NCBI GenBank assembly: GCA_977020255.1
Contig: CDROCS010006802.1
Span: 1-64,000 of the forward strand
Direction: 5' to 3'
Source of the DNA: Obrimoposthia wandeli
Taxonomy: Eukaryota
DNA length: 64,000 nt
Shown: one piece after another, positions 10,078 through 20,910 of the stretch
Numbering within the stretch: position 1 is the stretch's first letter
Layout of the letters: the number at the start of each line of letters is the position of its first letter
Made by a program: the position numbers and the translations under genes
Notes under the pieces: generated by a model
Databases searched by the model: none
Told to the model about the DNA's origin: nothing
Seen by the model: only the letters and a program-made list of their open reading frames with translations

Positions 10078-10755
10078 TTAAGCGTCCGTTGCTGCTAACT
10101 TAGCGCCTGCAAGATCATCAATTTTACGCTGTAAAACCTGCGTATTAATGCCCAAAGCAGTTGCTGAAGCGCGTGCTGTTTGATAAGCCGTTAACGCAGC
10201 TGCTAGATCACCTTTAGCAAACAATACGTCGCCTTTTGTTTCTTCATACTGTGCGGCAAAAGACGCTTCAGGCGTTGTTGTAACTAAAGCTAATGCTTCA
10301 TCAAGCTTTTCTAGCTGAATGAATACGCGCGCTAATCGCACTTGTGCTAAATACGTTACTGGACCTTTATCACCGGCATCAACCAGTGCTTGTAATTCAG
10401 TCGCAGCACCGTCAAAGTTATTCGCTTCAATAGCAAACTTCGCTAAATAAAGACCGCCAAATTGTGCATACAAGCTGCCCGGAAATTCTGTTTTCAGTTG
10501 TGCTGCAACGGTTTCCATTTCGGCTTTATCAGCTTCTGTTTGCTCGCTCAACGGCTTAGTTGCTTTGCTCATCAACTGCTGATAAATACTGGATGCGGCT
10601 TCGCCTTGTGTACGCAGGTTATCTTGATAACCATTCCAGCCAAAATAACCGGCCAAGACAACGGCGATGGTAACGATTAAACTTTTACCGTTCTCATTCC
10701 ACCAGTTTTTAATCGCTTCAACTTGCTCTTCTTCTGTTCTTAACTCTTCAGACAT
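10078..10755 (-). CDS. yfgM: YfgM TPR ancillary SecYEG subunit
   Basis: TEEEQVEAIKNWWNENG, one TM, TPR helices. Start taken at ATG 10755. Confidence 0.93.
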   Translation of the reverse strand: MSEELRTEEEQVEAIKNWWNENGKSLIVTIAVVLAGYFGWNGYQDNLRTQGEAASSIYQQLMSKATKPLSEQTEADKAEMETVAAQLKTEFPGSLYAQFGGLYLAKFAIEANNFDGAATELQALVDAGDKGPVTYLAQVRLARVFIQLEKLDEALALVTTTPEASFAAQYEETKGDVLFAKGDLAAALTAYQTARASATALGINTQVLQRKIDDLAGAKLAATDA

Positions 10756-10809
10756 TTTCAATACCCCTTTCAAAAATACTTCTTATTGTAATTTCTACTG
10801 CCAGTAAAA

Positions 10810-12096
10810 CTAACCCAATTGGGCTGTTAACCAACTCGCAATTTCATCATTTTTTAGTTCTACTTGTTCGCCATCTTCAGTCAATGGTTTCATTCGAACA
10901 CGCATAGCTTGCACATCATCATCTTCTAAAAGAAGAACAAAACGAGCACTGCTATTTAGAGCTTTTTTCATCTGGCTTTTATAGCTGCCACCACCACAAT
11001 GCGTTTGAACTCGCAATGACGGTAATTGTTGACGAAGATTATCCGCTAACAGTAACGCAGCTTGGTCTGTATCGCCACCCAATGCAGTGATATAAACGTC
11101 AAGAGTTGTATTAACCGCGACAGGAATCACATCCAACGTTTCTAATAATAGAATTAAACGCTCAACCCCCATAGCAAAGCCAACCGCAGGTGTCGGCTTA
11201 CCACCCAATTGCTCGACTAGGCCATCGTAACGACCGCCGGCACAAACAGTGCCCTGAGAACCTAATTTATCGGTAACCCATTCGAATACGGTTTTGCCAT
11301 AATAATCTAAACCACGCACCAAGCGCTGGTTAATTTGATACTTAATGCCTGCGGCATCTAAAATCTGAGTCAGCTTAGCGAAGTGTTCGCGGCTATCATC
11401 ATCAAGATAAGCATGCAGCTCAGGCGCATCGTTCAATAGCGTCTGAGTATTTCGATCTTTTGAATCCAAAATACGCAGCGGATTTGTTTCTAAACGGCGC
11501 TGACTGTCTTCATCTAACTGATCTTTAATCGGTGTCAGGTACTCAACTAATGCCGCTTTATAATCAATGCGGGTTTGAGCGCTGCCAATTGTATTTAACT
11601 GCAATTCAACAGCATCATTAATGCCTAATTGCTGCCATAAGCGCGCTGTCATTAGTATTACTTCAGCATCAATGTCCGGTGTTGCCATACCAAATGTTTC
11701 AACACCAATTTGGAAAAACTGACGATAACGACCTTTTTGCGGACGCTCATAACGGAACATCGGTCCGGTATACCACAGGCGTGGGCTTTGATTATTCGTT
11801 AATAGCGAATGCTCTTCACAAGCACGTACACAACTTGCTGTTCCCTCAGGACGCAAGGTCAGGCTTTCGCCATTACGATCGTCAAAGGTATACATTTCTT
11901 TTTCTACGATGTCGGTTACTTCGCCGATAGAACGCTTAAATAAATGTGTTTGCTCAACGATAGGCATACGAATTTCTTGATAACCATAGCCACCAAGAAC
12001 CGCTTTAACACTGTTTTCTAAATACTGCCAAACCGGAGTTTGTGTCGGTAGTACGTCGTTCATGCCACGAATGGCTTTAATCTTCTTGCTAGCCAA
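10810..12096 (-). CDS. hisS: Histidyl-tRNA synthetase
   Basis: [42 protein letters not shown]. Confidence 0.98.
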   Translation of the reverse strand: MASKKIKAIRGMNDVLPTQTPVWQYLENSVKAVLGGYGYQEIRMPIVEQTHLFKRSIGEVTDIVEKEMYTFDDRNGESLTLRPEGTASCVRACEEHSLLTNNQSPRLWYTGPMFRYERPQKGRYRQFFQIGVETFGMATPDIDAEVILMTARLWQQLGINDAVELQLNTIGSAQTRIDYKAALVEYLTPIKDQLDEDSQRRLETNPLRILDSKDRNTQTLLNDAPELHAYLDDDSREHFAKLTQILDAAGIKYQINQRLVRGLDYYGKTVFEWVTDKLGSQGTVCAGGRYDGLVEQLGGKPTPAVGFAMGVERLILLLETLDVIPVAVNTTLDVYITALGGDTDQAALLLADNLRQQLPSLRVQTHCGGGSYKSQMKKALNSSARFVLLLEDDDVQAMRVRMKPLTEDGEQVELKNDEIASWLTAQLG

Positions 12097-12152
12097 GAGA
12101 CCTTCCTTCTATTCTTTATTAACGCGATAAAACGTTTAACGATTTAAACGAT

Positions 12153-12230
12153 GAGCTTTCTATAACAAGCTCTCTAAACTATTAACATCTAAAACAATTA
12201 GCTTTCTAAAATAACTAGCTATCTGAAACG
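12153..12230. repeat. Degenerate ~16-bp tandem repeat (about 5 units) overlapping the ispG stop
   Basis: AGCTTTCTATAACA / AGCTCTCTAAACTATT / AACATCTAAAACAATT / AGCTTTCTAAAATAACT / AGCTATCTGAAACGAT. Confidence 0.6.
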
Positions 12231-13336
12231 ATGACGTCTTTTAGCGCTTGCTGTTTTTTAGCAACACTTTCACGCACCATGGCTTCTAGGCCATCAATCA
12301 AATTTTCGTTCTTTAATTTTTCTGCGGGTTTGCCATCAATATAAATCAAGTTATTGGGCGAACCACCGGTTAGACCCACATCAACTTCTTTCGCTTCACC
12401 AGGGCCATTAACCACACAGCCGATAATCGCGACATCGATAGGTGTGCGAATGTCTTCCAAACGATTTTCAAGTTCGTTCATGGTTTTAATCACATCAAAG
12501 TTTTGACGCGAACACGACGGGCAAGCAATAAAGTTAACACCGCGTGAGCGCAACTTTAATGACTTCAACATATCCCAGCCGACTTTCACTTCTTCAATTG
12601 GGTCGGCGGCTAAAGAAACACGAATGGTATCGCCGATGCCATCAAACATTAATAAACCTAAACCGATAGACGATTTAACCGTACCGCCGCGTAAACCACC
12701 CGCTTCGGTAATACCCAAATGCAAAGGCTGTTCAATTTGATCGGCAATCTTGCGATAAGCCGCAACCGTCATAAAAATATCCGATGCTTTAAGACTTAAC
12801 TTAAAATCTGGGAAGTTCATGCGATCTAAAATATCAATATGACGCATGGCCGATTCAACCAAAGCGTCGGGCGTTGGCTCACCGTATTTTACTTGTAAAT
12901 CTTTTTCCAACGAACCGGCATTCACACCAATTCGAATAGGAATACCATTATGACGTGCAGCGGCGACCACTTCACGAATACGATCTTCACGGCCAATATT
13001 ACCCGGATTGATGCGCAGGCAATCAACCCCTAAATCGGCAACTTTTAATGCAATTTTATAATCAAAATGAATATCGGCGACTAACGGCACGGTGACTAAT
13101 TTTTTAATCTCACCGAAAGCATCCGCCGCTTCCATAGAAGGAACAGAAACACGAACAATATCAACACCCGCATCTTGGGCACGTTTAATTTGTGCAACGG
13201 TAGCCGCGACATCTTCCGTCGGAGTATTGGTCATGGTTTGCACAGAAATAGGGGCATCACCACCGACTGGAACATTGCCTACCCAGATTTTACGGCTTTT
13301 TCGTCTAACAATTGGAGAATGTGAATGAATACTCAT
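12215..13336 (-). CDS. ispG: 4-hydroxy-3-methylbut-2-enyl diphosphate synthase
   Basis: [26 protein letters not shown] and GCVVNGPGE Fe-S motifs. Confidence 0.98.
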   Translation of the reverse strand: MSIHSHSPIVRRKSRKIWVGNVPVGGDAPISVQTMTNTPTEDVAATVAQIKRAQDAGVDIVRVSVPSMEAADAFGEIKKLVTVPLVADIHFDYKIALKVADLGVDCLRINPGNIGREDRIREVVAAARHNGIPIRIGVNAGSLEKDLQVKYGEPTPDALVESAMRHIDILDRMNFPDFKLSLKASDIFMTVAAYRKIADQIEQPLHLGITEAGGLRGGTVKSSIGLGLLMFDGIGDTIRVSLAADPIEEVKVGWDMLKSLKLRSRGVNFIACPSCSRQNFDVIKTMNELENRLEDIRTPIDVAIIGCVVNGPGEAKEVDVGLTGGSPNNLIYIDGKPAEKLKNENLIDGLEAMVRESVAKKQQALKDVIVSDS

Positions 13337-13418
13337 AACTGGTCGCCGTTACCTATGTCTCTGTTAATAAACTGTTTTAACTATTCTATCGAACTAACTT
13401 TCGAACTATCTATCAAGC

Positions 13419-13447
13419 GATATATTCAGCTATCGACTGAATATATC
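13419..13447. repeat. Perfect 11-bp inverted repeat in the pilF-ispG spacer
   Basis: GATATATTCAG-CTATCGA-CTGAATATATC, set among ~12-bp degenerate CTATC repeats. Confidence 0.75.
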
Positions 13448-13479
13448 TGCTTAACTATTGCGTAATACTGACGCGATGA

Positions 13480-14253
13480 TTAAAGCGTTTCGCGATAAAG
13501 TTTATACTCAGATGACTCAGAGAACTCACTTGTCAGCTGAGCTGCAAACTGTTTAACCGCTTTGCCATCTTGATTAATGCGTCCCAACTTAATACCTAAC
13601 CAAAGAGAATTGGCTGATTGCTGGTTTTGCTTACGCTCTACAATTTGGACAAAACGATCATAATAATGCTGAGCTTCTTCAAAACGATTCTTCTCAAATA
13701 ACAAGGTCGCAAGGTTCACCAAAACGGGGGCATTAAAACGCGACGCCTTCAGCATGCGCTCGTAGGTTGAAATAGCTAAATCAACCTTTCCATCACGGTA
13801 ATAACATAAACCCAAATTTTGCGACGCTTTAGCACGCTGTTGATACTCAACGTCATCCGCCGCTTGCTTCAAATACTTACACGCCTCGCCATAGCGATTA
13901 TGCTGCATCAAGAACATGCCATAATTGAATTGCCCTTGGCTAAAATCATCGTCCAGATCAATACTTTTTAAGAAATAGACTTCAGCTAATTCTGGCTCAC
14001 GCTCTGACTGCAACAATAATGCCATCGCGTTATTTGCGGGTGCATAATCGGGATCAATTTCTAAAGCACGATTTAAACGTGCACGAGCACGATCATAACG
14101 ACCCTGAGCAATATACCCCAAACCAAGCTGAGTATAATTATCAACCGCCTTTACAGGGTCGGCCTTACGCGTTAAACGACTTTCAATCGTGGTAACACAA
14201 GCCGATAAGAGCAAGCTAGCGCACAACAACATAACCAGCTGTAAAGATTTCAT
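13480..14253 (-). CDS. pilF: Type IV pilus biogenesis TPR lipoprotein PilF/PilW
   Basis: Lipobox LSAC, YTQLGLGYI, TPR repeats; follows rlmN. Confidence 0.92.
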   Translation of the reverse strand: MKSLQLVMLLCASLLLSACVTTIESRLTRKADPVKAVDNYTQLGLGYIAQGRYDRARARLNRALEIDPDYAPANNAMALLLQSEREPELAEVYFLKSIDLDDDFSQGQFNYGMFLMQHNRYGEACKYLKQAADDVEYQQRAKASQNLGLCYYRDGKVDLAISTYERMLKASRFNAPVLVNLATLLFEKNRFEEAQHYYDRFVQIVERKQNQQSANSLWLGIKLGRINQDGKAVKQFAAQLTSEFSESSEYKLYRETL

Positions 14254-14265
14254 AGTGAATATCCT

Positions 14266-15477
14266 TTATTCATTTACCTGATGCAATTCGATGTACTTTT
14301 GCTGACGGCGAGTTCTATCTTCAACTTGCCCAACCAGCTGACCACACGCAGCGTCAATATCATCTCCGCGCGTAGAGCGAATAGTGACAATAAAACCACG
14401 TTCATGCAATAAATCACGGAAACGGTAAACACGATTATTACTCGGACGTTCATAACCTGAGTTAGGGAACGGGTTAAACGGGATCAAATTAATCTTGCAC
14501 GGTGTATTTTTTAATACTTCGGCAATCTCTTCTGCATCCTGAGTACTATCGTTTACATCTTTCATCATAGTGTATTCGATCGTTGCTTTACGACGATCTG
14601 GCAGCTTGGCTAAATAACGATTAGTGGCTGCGATTAATTCTTTAATTGGGTATTTTTTATTGATCGGAACCAACACATCACGCAATTTGTCATTACCCGC
14701 GTGCAACGATACCGCAAGAGATACATCGGCGACATCACCCAACTTGTCCATCATAGGCACAACACCCGATGTACTTAACGTTACGCGACGTTTCGACAAG
14801 CTATAAGCAAAGTCGTTCAACATCAATTCCATTGAATCGACAACGTTGTCAAAGTTCAATAACGGCTCACCCATTCCCATCATGACCACATTAGTGATAC
14901 GACGAACGCGCTTTTCTCCCGGAGTATCCAAACTCTGAGAAGCCACAAACAATTGACCAATAATTTCAGCAACACTTAAGTCACGGTTAAAACCCTGCTT
15001 ACCGGTAGAGCAAAAGCTGCAATCCAATGCACAACCAATTTGTGAGCTGATACACAATGTGCCGCGTTCTTTCTCAGGGATATAAACCGTTTCGATTGAA
15101 CTGCCGCCAGGCATTTTCATTACCCATTTACGGGTACCATCGACAGAGGTTTTATCCATAACAACTTCTGGCAAGCTAATTTCAGCAACGTCGACAAGCT
15201 TAGCGCGCATCGCTTTACTCATATTGGTCATGTTATCGAAGTTAGATTCACCAATTTGATGAATCCACTTTAACATTTGCTGGGTGCGGAATTTCTTCTC
15301 ACCTAAACCTTCAAAGAACGCGTCCATTTTCTTAGGAGATAAACCCAATAAATTAACTTTCTGAATCGGTTTTTTGGCTTGTTCTTCCGCTTCTAGTCTG
15401 TCTAAAGCTTCAAAATCAGTTGCTTGACTATCTATGGCTTTTGAATCGGTCGTTTTTATATCTGTCATCGTGGTCAC
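14266..15477 (-). CDS. rlmN: Dual-specificity RNA methyltransferase RlmN
   Basis: Radical [33 protein letters not shown]; repetitive N-terminal extension ([15 protein letters not shown]). Confidence 0.98.
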   Translation of the reverse strand: MTTMTDIKTTDSKAIDSQATDFEALDRLEAEEQAKKPIQKVNLLGLSPKKMDAFFEGLGEKKFRTQQMLKWIHQIGESNFDNMTNMSKAMRAKLVDVAEISLPEVVMDKTSVDGTRKWVMKMPGGSSIETVYIPEKERGTLCISSQIGCALDCSFCSTGKQGFNRDLSVAEIIGQLFVASQSLDTPGEKRVRRITNVVMMGMGEPLLNFDNVVDSMELMLNDFAYSLSKRRVTLSTSGVVPMMDKLGDVADVSLAVSLHAGNDKLRDVLVPINKKYPIKELIAATNRYLAKLPDRRKATIEYTMMKDVNDSTQDAEEIAEVLKNTPCKINLIPFNPFPNSGYERPSNNRVYRFRDLLHERGFIVTIRSTRGDDIDAACGQLVGQVEDRTRRQQKYIELHQVNE

Positions 15478-15666
15478 CGTGCAGTGGAAGTATCATCCTG
15501 GGCGGATAAACCATTTCGTTTGTATTCTAAAACGCGATTAAACGGGAAAACACAAGGAAAATGGCTCAGTTTTATAGGTCTGCTAAAACTGAGAAAGCAG
15601 CGTGCAGTCAAAGATTGCACACTGCTCTCAAAAGCAGGTATTTAAAAAATACCTTCTAACTAAAAC

Positions 15667-16095
15667 TTAACCGCGTGGGCAAAGTTCTGCGTCAGAGAAG
15701 AAATACGCGATTTCACGAGCAGCAGATTCTAAAGAATCAGAACCGTGAGCAGCGTTAGCATCGATGCTTTCAGCGAAATCAGCGCGGATAGTACCAGCTT
15801 CAGCTTCTTTAGGGTTAGTAGCGCCCATTAGGTCGCGGTTCTTAAGAACAGCGCCTTCGCCTTCTAAAACCTGAACCATAACAGGACCAGAAGTCATGAA
15901 ACCAACCAAATCTTTGAAGAAACCACGTTCAGCGTGCTCAGCGTAAAAACCGCCCGCTTTTTCGTCATCCAACTGAATCATTTTAGAAGCAATTACTTGC
16001 AAGCCAGCTTTTTCAAAACGGCTGTAGATTTCGCCGATTACGTTTTTAGCAACTGCGTCAGGCTTAACAATAGAAAAAGTGCGTTCGATCGCCAT
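15667..16095 (-). CDS. ndk: Nucleoside diphosphate kinase
   Basis: [26 protein letters not shown] (catalytic His). Confidence 0.98.
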   Translation of the reverse strand: MAIERTFSIVKPDAVAKNVIGEIYSRFEKAGLQVIASKMIQLDDEKAGGFYAEHAERGFFKDLVGFMTSGPVMVQVLEGEGAVLKNRDLMGATNPKEAEAGTIRADFAESIDANAAHGSDSLESAAREIAYFFSDAELCPRG

Positions 16096-16125
16096 GATTA
16101 TTCTCCAATATATGAATGTGGGTAT

Positions 16126-16154
16126 AAAAAACCTGCGGAGTATACGCAGGTTTT
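16126..16154 (-). terminator. Intrinsic terminator after iscS with a -10-like TATACT in the loop
   Basis: Minus strand AAAACCTGCG-TATACTC-CGCAGGTTTTTT. Confidence 0.6.
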
Positions 16155-16260
16155 GACTAAATTAGAATGGAATTTGTAACTATTAGCGTTAGCAGCGACA
16201 AGCCAGTTCGCATAGTCAGCTTGATTGCTTGATTTTCAATCAATCAAGTTTTTAAGCTAA

Positions 16261-17409
16261 CTATCGCAATGCTAACAATACACGCTTGAGTTCAGTGATC
16301 GCAAAGTCAATATCGTCTTCGCGAGTATAACGGCCAATACTGAAACGAATACCTGCATGAGCAAGCTCGTCTGGCACTCCTAACGCTTTTAATACATAAG
16401 AGGGTGCAACACTGGCTGAGTTACAGGCCGATCCAGAGGAAACAGCCAACTGCGCCAGAGAGGCCAATAAAATTTCTCCATCAACACCCGTAAAGCTAAC
16501 ATTCAGGTGATTAGGACTGCACTGAGTCGAATGGCTATTACGCTGCACACCTAAACCTTCAATACCCTGCCACAAGCGATCACGCAACTGACGGTTATGG
16601 GCGATTTCAGATTCTAAGTTTTCCATGACCAGCTCAGCGGCCTTAGCAAAACCGACTATCTGATGGGTCGCCAAGGTGCCCGAACGCATACCACGCTCAT
16701 GGCCACCACCGTGTATTTGCTGATGTACTTTAACCTCAGGTGCCTTGCGAACATAAAGTGCACCAATCCCCTTAGGGCCATACATTTTGTGTGCACAAAT
16801 AGACATCAAATCGACACCCATATCAGCCACATCAATGGCCAACTTGCCAGTACCTTGTGCCGCATCGCAGTGCAGCAAGGCTTGATGATCAGATAAAACC
16901 TGTGAAATCGATTTTATATCCGTGATATTGCCTACTTCATTATTGACCAGCATCAAACTCACGAGACGCGTATCTGGGCGCAAGGCTTCGCTTACCTGCT
17001 CTGCGGTAATTAGGCCTTCGGCATTCGGCTCAAGATAGGTGACATCGAAGCCGTTACGCTTAGCCGATGATTCCGCCATATAAGCGCAAGTATCTAAGAT
17101 CGCCTTATGCTCTATCGCCGAAGTAATGATATGACCCGATTCAAAGCCCTCCAATACACCCTTGATAGCTAAGTTATTAGATTCAGTTGCACCACTAGTC
17201 CAAACAATTTCACGATTATTGGCACCAATCAATTTAGCAACAGTAATACGAGCGCTTTCAACAGCCTCTTCGGCTTGCCAGCCAAAGCGATGAGAGCGAG
17301 ATGCAGGGTTAGCAAAATTGCCTTCAAGGGTGAGGTGTTGCGCCATAGTATCGGCAACTTCTGCAGCAACAGGAGTCGTTGCTGCATAATCAAGATATAC
17401 GAGGTTCAT
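16261..17409 (-). CDS. iscS: Cysteine desulfurase IscS-like, short C-terminus
   Basis: YLDYAATTP, GNFANPASRSH, CAHKMYGPKG (PLP Lys), SSGSAC (catalytic Cys). Start taken at ATG 17409. Confidence 0.93.
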   Translation of the reverse strand: MNLVYLDYAATTPVAAEVADTMAQHLTLEGNFANPASRSHRFGWQAEEAVESARITVAKLIGANNREIVWTSGATESNNLAIKGVLEGFESGHIITSAIEHKAILDTCAYMAESSAKRNGFDVTYLEPNAEGLITAEQVSEALRPDTRLVSLMLVNNEVGNITDIKSISQVLSDHQALLHCDAAQGTGKLAIDVADMGVDLMSICAHKMYGPKGIGALYVRKAPEVKVHQQIHGGGHERGMRSGTLATHQIVGFAKAAELVMENLESEIAHNRQLRDRLWQGIEGLGVQRNSHSTQCSPNHLNVSFTGVDGEILLASLAQLAVSSGSACNSASVAPSYVLKALGVPDELAHAGIRFSIGRYTREDDIDFAITELKRVLLALR

Positions 17410-17543
17410 GCTTAAGGGAGTCGCCTTTAACCTAAGTGGCCTCATGAATCATGAGGCCTTATAAAAAATACTGAATTCAGAAGTTTAACATATTTGAATT
17501 TGAATTTTTACAAGCAGGCTAAAATCTTGACCAATAGACCGAA

Positions 17544-18020
17544 TTAAAGCCCTAGACCATCAACCACATCAATGCGTTTTTTTTGATAACCATCTTGTCG
17601 ATCTGAAATCTCACGAATTTCTTGTCGCTCAACCAGACTTTGAAGGCTAATACCGGCTAAAAAAGAATGTATTTGCTCACTCAGGTCGCACCATAAATGG
17701 TGAGTTAAGCAAGCTTCGCCTTTTTGGCAATCACCGCGCCCTTCACAACGAGTAATATCAATAGACTCACTCACCGCATCGACTACCTGAGCAACATCAA
17801 TTTCACTGCCTGAACGACTGAGGCGATACCCACCACCCGGACCACGCACACTGGTGACCAGCTCATTACGACGGAGCTTAGCGAATAATTGCTCTAAATA
17901 AGAAAGCGATATTTCTTGGCGACCAGAAATATCACTTAAGCTGACAGGCCCTTGTTTGGCATGTATTGCCAGATCTAGCATTGCCGTGACGGCATAGCGT
18001 CCTTTAGTGGTTAAGCGCAC
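17544..18020 (-). CDS. iscR: Fe-S cluster regulator IscR
   Basis: [17 protein letters not shown]; C-x5-C-x5-C-x2-H ligands ([16 protein letters not shown]). GTG start at 18020 follows GGAGG. Confidence 0.96.
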   Translation of the reverse strand: MRLTTKGRYAVTAMLDLAIHAKQGPVSLSDISGRQEISLSYLEQLFAKLRRNELVTSVRGPGGGYRLSRSGSEIDVAQVVDAVSESIDITRCEGRGDCQKGEACLTHHLWCDLSEQIHSFLAGISLQSLVERQEIREISDRQDGYQKKRIDVVDGLGL

Positions 18021-18063
18021 AGCTAAGCCTCCAAAAATGGTCATAAATATTAATCAGGACAGC

Positions 18064-18097
18064 ATTATGCTTATACCTGAGTAATATAGTCAATTAA
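18064..18097 (-). promoter_or_regulatory. IscR type-1 operator overlapping a sigma70 promoter of iscR
   Basis: ATACCTGAGTAATATAGTCAATTAA (18073-18097) matches 22/25 of the recalled consensus ATASYYGACTRWWWYAGTCRRSTAT. It overlaps minus-strand TTGACT-N18-CATAAT. Confidence 0.8.
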
Positions 18098-18144
18098 TTA
18101 GCAAATTCAGCAGGTCTTCGACTGGCTTTAGGGCAGCAAAAAAG

Positions 18145-18960
18145 CTAACGAGATTTACTTTCTTTATCAGCTGAGGACTCAACTTGATCGACTGAGGGCT
18201 CAACCTCATCAGCCAAGGATTCGACATGAGATGCCTTCAATTCTGGCATAGCCTCATCACACGAGGTATCACCCAGCTTATGCAGCGACTGGCAAATGCT
18301 ATTAATTTTGCAATCTACCGCCAACATATGGTCCATCAGATTATTTACCGAGCGCGCGATGGGATCTGGCATTTCATCTGCCATACCATAAGCATCAAAA
18401 CCAATTTTATCAGCGATGTCTTTACGACGCTTATCCAGCTCAGGGTCTGGCTTACGAACAATACGCCCAGGAATTCCAACCACACTAACGCCCGCAGGAA
18501 CCTCTTTAGTGACTACGGCATTTGAACCAATGCGTGCACCTTCATTAACAATGATAGGCCCCAGTACTTTTGCTCCCGCGCCTACTACCACACCATCACG
18601 TAAAGTCGGATGACGCTTGCCTTTATTCCAACTTGTTCCCCCCAGAGTCACACCGTGATACAGCGTACAATCGTTGCCAATTTCAGCAGTCTCTCCAATT
18701 ACAACGCCCATACCATGATCAATAAAGAAGCGATCTCCAATGGTAGCACCAGGATGAATTTCAATCCCTGTCATCCAGCGACTAAAGGTGGATAGAAAAC
18801 GCGCTAACCATTTCAACCCTTTCAGCCATAGCCAGTTCGCTAGACGATAATGAATTATTGCGTGCACCCCTGGGTAGGTCGTTAATACTTCAAAAGTATT
18901 ACGCGCCGCAGGATCACGTTCAAAAACACAGGCTACGTCTTGTCGGATTCGTCGTAACAT
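18145..18960 (-). CDS. cysE: Serine O-acetyltransferase
   Basis: [38 protein letters not shown] hexapeptide repeats. Confidence 0.96.
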   Translation of the reverse strand: MLRRIRQDVACVFERDPAARNTFEVLTTYPGVHAIIHYRLANWLWLKGLKWLARFLSTFSRWMTGIEIHPGATIGDRFFIDHGMGVVIGETAEIGNDCTLYHGVTLGGTSWNKGKRHPTLRDGVVVGAGAKVLGPIIVNEGARIGSNAVVTKEVPAGVSVVGIPGRIVRKPDPELDKRRKDIADKIGFDAYGMADEMPDPIARSVNNLMDHMLAVDCKINSICQSLHKLGDTSCDEAMPELKASHVESLADEVEPSVDQVESSADKESKSR

Positions 18961-18966
18961 AATTAC

Positions 18967-19794
18967 TTAGCCCTCACTTTTATCTTCATTCTTGTCTTTA
19001 TGATTGCTGGTATTCGTTCTAATACCTTCAATGTCATTAGCAACCTTCGCTTTACGCTGAACAGCCGCCAAAATACCGCGCATCATGCCGACTTCCATTT
19101 TATCTAACGCCGTTCTTTGGAACATGCGACGCAAACGCGTCATCAGCTGTTTAGGAGTATTGGGATCAAGAAAGCCAATATCAACCAGCGAGTCCTCTAG
19201 GTGACCAATAAATCGCTCTACATCACCATGCGGAGCCACTTCATAATCCCATTCAACACCCCACTGACCAACCTTACTGACCGAAGCCTCATCAGCCGCA
19301 GCTTCTTCTAAGGCCGCCATACGCATTTCATAGCACATAACTTGTACGGCAGCGGCAATATTCAATGAACTAAAATCAGGATTGGTAGGAATATGAACGT
19401 GAGCGTTACATTTATGCAGCTCTTCATTCGTTAAGCCACGAGATTCACGTCCGAATACCAAAGCGACACTATTATTGTTCGCAACCGCTTGCTTTGCTTT
19501 CGTACCGCATTCTCGCGGAGAACATAAAGGCCAAGGAATATGACGTCCACGCGCACTGGTGCCAATAACCAAACCACAGCCAGCGATGGCTTCATCTAAA
19601 CTCGAGACAATAAGACAGCTATCTAAAATCTCTGCCGCACCTGAAGCACGAACAATGGCATCACCATCAATTACTGCAATAGGGTCAACAAGAACTAACT
19701 GAGTGATCCCCATATTTTTCATGGCTCGGGCCGCAGCACCGATATTGCCGGAGTTGGTTGTATTTACTAAAACGATTCTAATTTGATCTAACAT
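18967..19794 (-). CDS. trmJ: tRNA C32/U32 2'-O-methyltransferase TrmJ
   Basis: IRIVLVNTTNSGNIGAAARAMKNMG, FGRESRGL, SSLNIAAAV. Start taken at ATG 19794; an in-frame alternative exists at 19833. Confidence 0.95.
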   Translation of the reverse strand: MLDQIRIVLVNTTNSGNIGAAARAMKNMGITQLVLVDPIAVIDGDAIVRASGAAEILDSCLIVSSLDEAIAGCGLVIGTSARGRHIPWPLCSPRECGTKAKQAVANNNSVALVFGRESRGLTNEELHKCNAHVHIPTNPDFSSLNIAAAVQVMCYEMRMAALEEAAADEASVSKVGQWGVEWDYEVAPHGDVERFIGHLEDSLVDIGFLDPNTPKQLMTRLRRMFQRTALDKMEVGMMRGILAAVQRKAKVANDIEGIRTNTSNHKDKNEDKSEG

Positions 19795-19850
19795 GAGGCT
19801 TCTTCTACTAGCATGAGCGTCTTCTAATAACATGAGCGCCTTCTAATAAA
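19792..19850 (-). repeat. Three 19-20 bp tandem units, each ending in ATG
   Basis: Minus strand TTATTAGAAGGCGCTCATG / TTATTAGAAGACGCTCATG / CTAGTAGAAGAAGCCTCATG. Confidence 0.85.
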
Positions 19851-20002
19851 AGCGAACACATCCTACATAATGACGGCATTCTAACAGCGTAAATCTTATG
19901 ATGATACGAAAGCCGACACGAAAAACTTTATTAGTAATTTTTTTATACATTTTTTTTTGGTATACTCGCGCGTTCACCGTTCTTTAAGAGATTAGTAGCC
20001 CT

Positions 20003-20785
20003 ATGCAACCGCTTGTAAACCTTGCGCTGCGTGCTGCACGTAATGCAGGACAAGACTTAGTCCGTAGCTTGGACCGTTTCGATCCCTACCAGAGTAGCGA
20101 TCAAGAAAAATCAAAATTCGTAGCTGACTGCGCCATCGGCCTTGAAAAGAGCATTATTTTTGAGCTCAAAAACGCCTGCCCAGAAGATAGCTATCAAGGC
20201 CGTGAAACTGGTTTTCACAGCCCTGCTGAAGGTACTCCAAGAAATCAATGGCAAGTATGTGTCATCGATGATCTGGTAAACTTTCGCGTAGGCCTACCTG
20301 ATTTCGCCATTATCGTTAGCTGCTTAGTTAATGGTAAGACCGAGCATACGGTTGTTATCAACCCTATGAATGGTGACGAATTCAGTGCTAGCCGCGGTCG
20401 TGGCGCACAGTTAAACAACCGTCGCTTACGCTGTGGTCAATTACGTGAAATCAACCAAGCATTGATTGGCTTCAAAACGCCAAATCATACTGAAGGTGAG
20501 CGTGCTTTTGAAAATAGCCAGAAGATTACCAACCTTATTAGCCGTGCTAATGACGTTCGTGCTCTAGGCAGCAGTGTTTTGATGATGGCTTATACCGCAG
20601 CAGACCGTTTACACGGCGCCATGCTTTGCGATATGGACGAGTTTTCATTAAATGCTGGGACCTTGATTGCTCACGAATCAGGTTGCTTAACCGCTAACCT
20701 AACAGGCCAGCCTTTAATCAAAGCACCTGCTGATCTTTTTGTGGCTAATCCACGCCTATTAAAAGAGCTAATCCAGAAAATTTAA
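20003..20785 (+). CDS. suhB: Inositol monophosphatase family SuhB
   Basis: MQPLVNLALRAARNAG, GDEFSASRGRGAQLNNRRLR; divergent from trmJ as is canonical. The metal-binding motifs are degenerate (IDDLVNF). Confidence 0.85.
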   Translation: MQPLVNLALRAARNAGQDLVRSLDRFDPYQSSDQEKSKFVADCAIGLEKSIIFELKNACPEDSYQGRETGFHSPAEGTPRNQWQVCVIDDLVNFRVGLPDFAIIVSCLVNGKTEHTVVINPMNGDEFSASRGRGAQLNNRRLRCGQLREINQALIGFKTPNHTEGERAFENSQKITNLISRANDVRALGSSVLMMAYTAADRLHGAMLCDMDEFSLNAGTLIAHESGCLTANLTGQPLIKAPADLFVANPRLLKELIQKI

Positions 20786-20842
20786 GCTCATGGCTAGGAT
20801 AAAACCTAAGCCCTGCTACTTTCTGTAACAAAGCTTTTAAAC

Positions 20843-20910
20843 AAGCCTCTTTATGCTGGCTATACTGTAAATATCATATTGACAGTAACCAGCATAAAGA
20901 GGCTTTTTTT
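20843..20910 (+). terminator. Long hairpin with U-tract after suhB
   Basis: Perfect 17-bp arms AAGCCTCTTTATGCTGG / CCAGCATAAAGAGGCTT, inner TACTGT/ACAGTA pair, then a T-run. Confidence 0.75.

Noticed and set aside
20863-20887. TACTGT...ACAGTA resembling a LexA box
   Set aside because: The spacer between CTGT and ACAG is 13 nt rather than 8; better explained as part of the hairpin.
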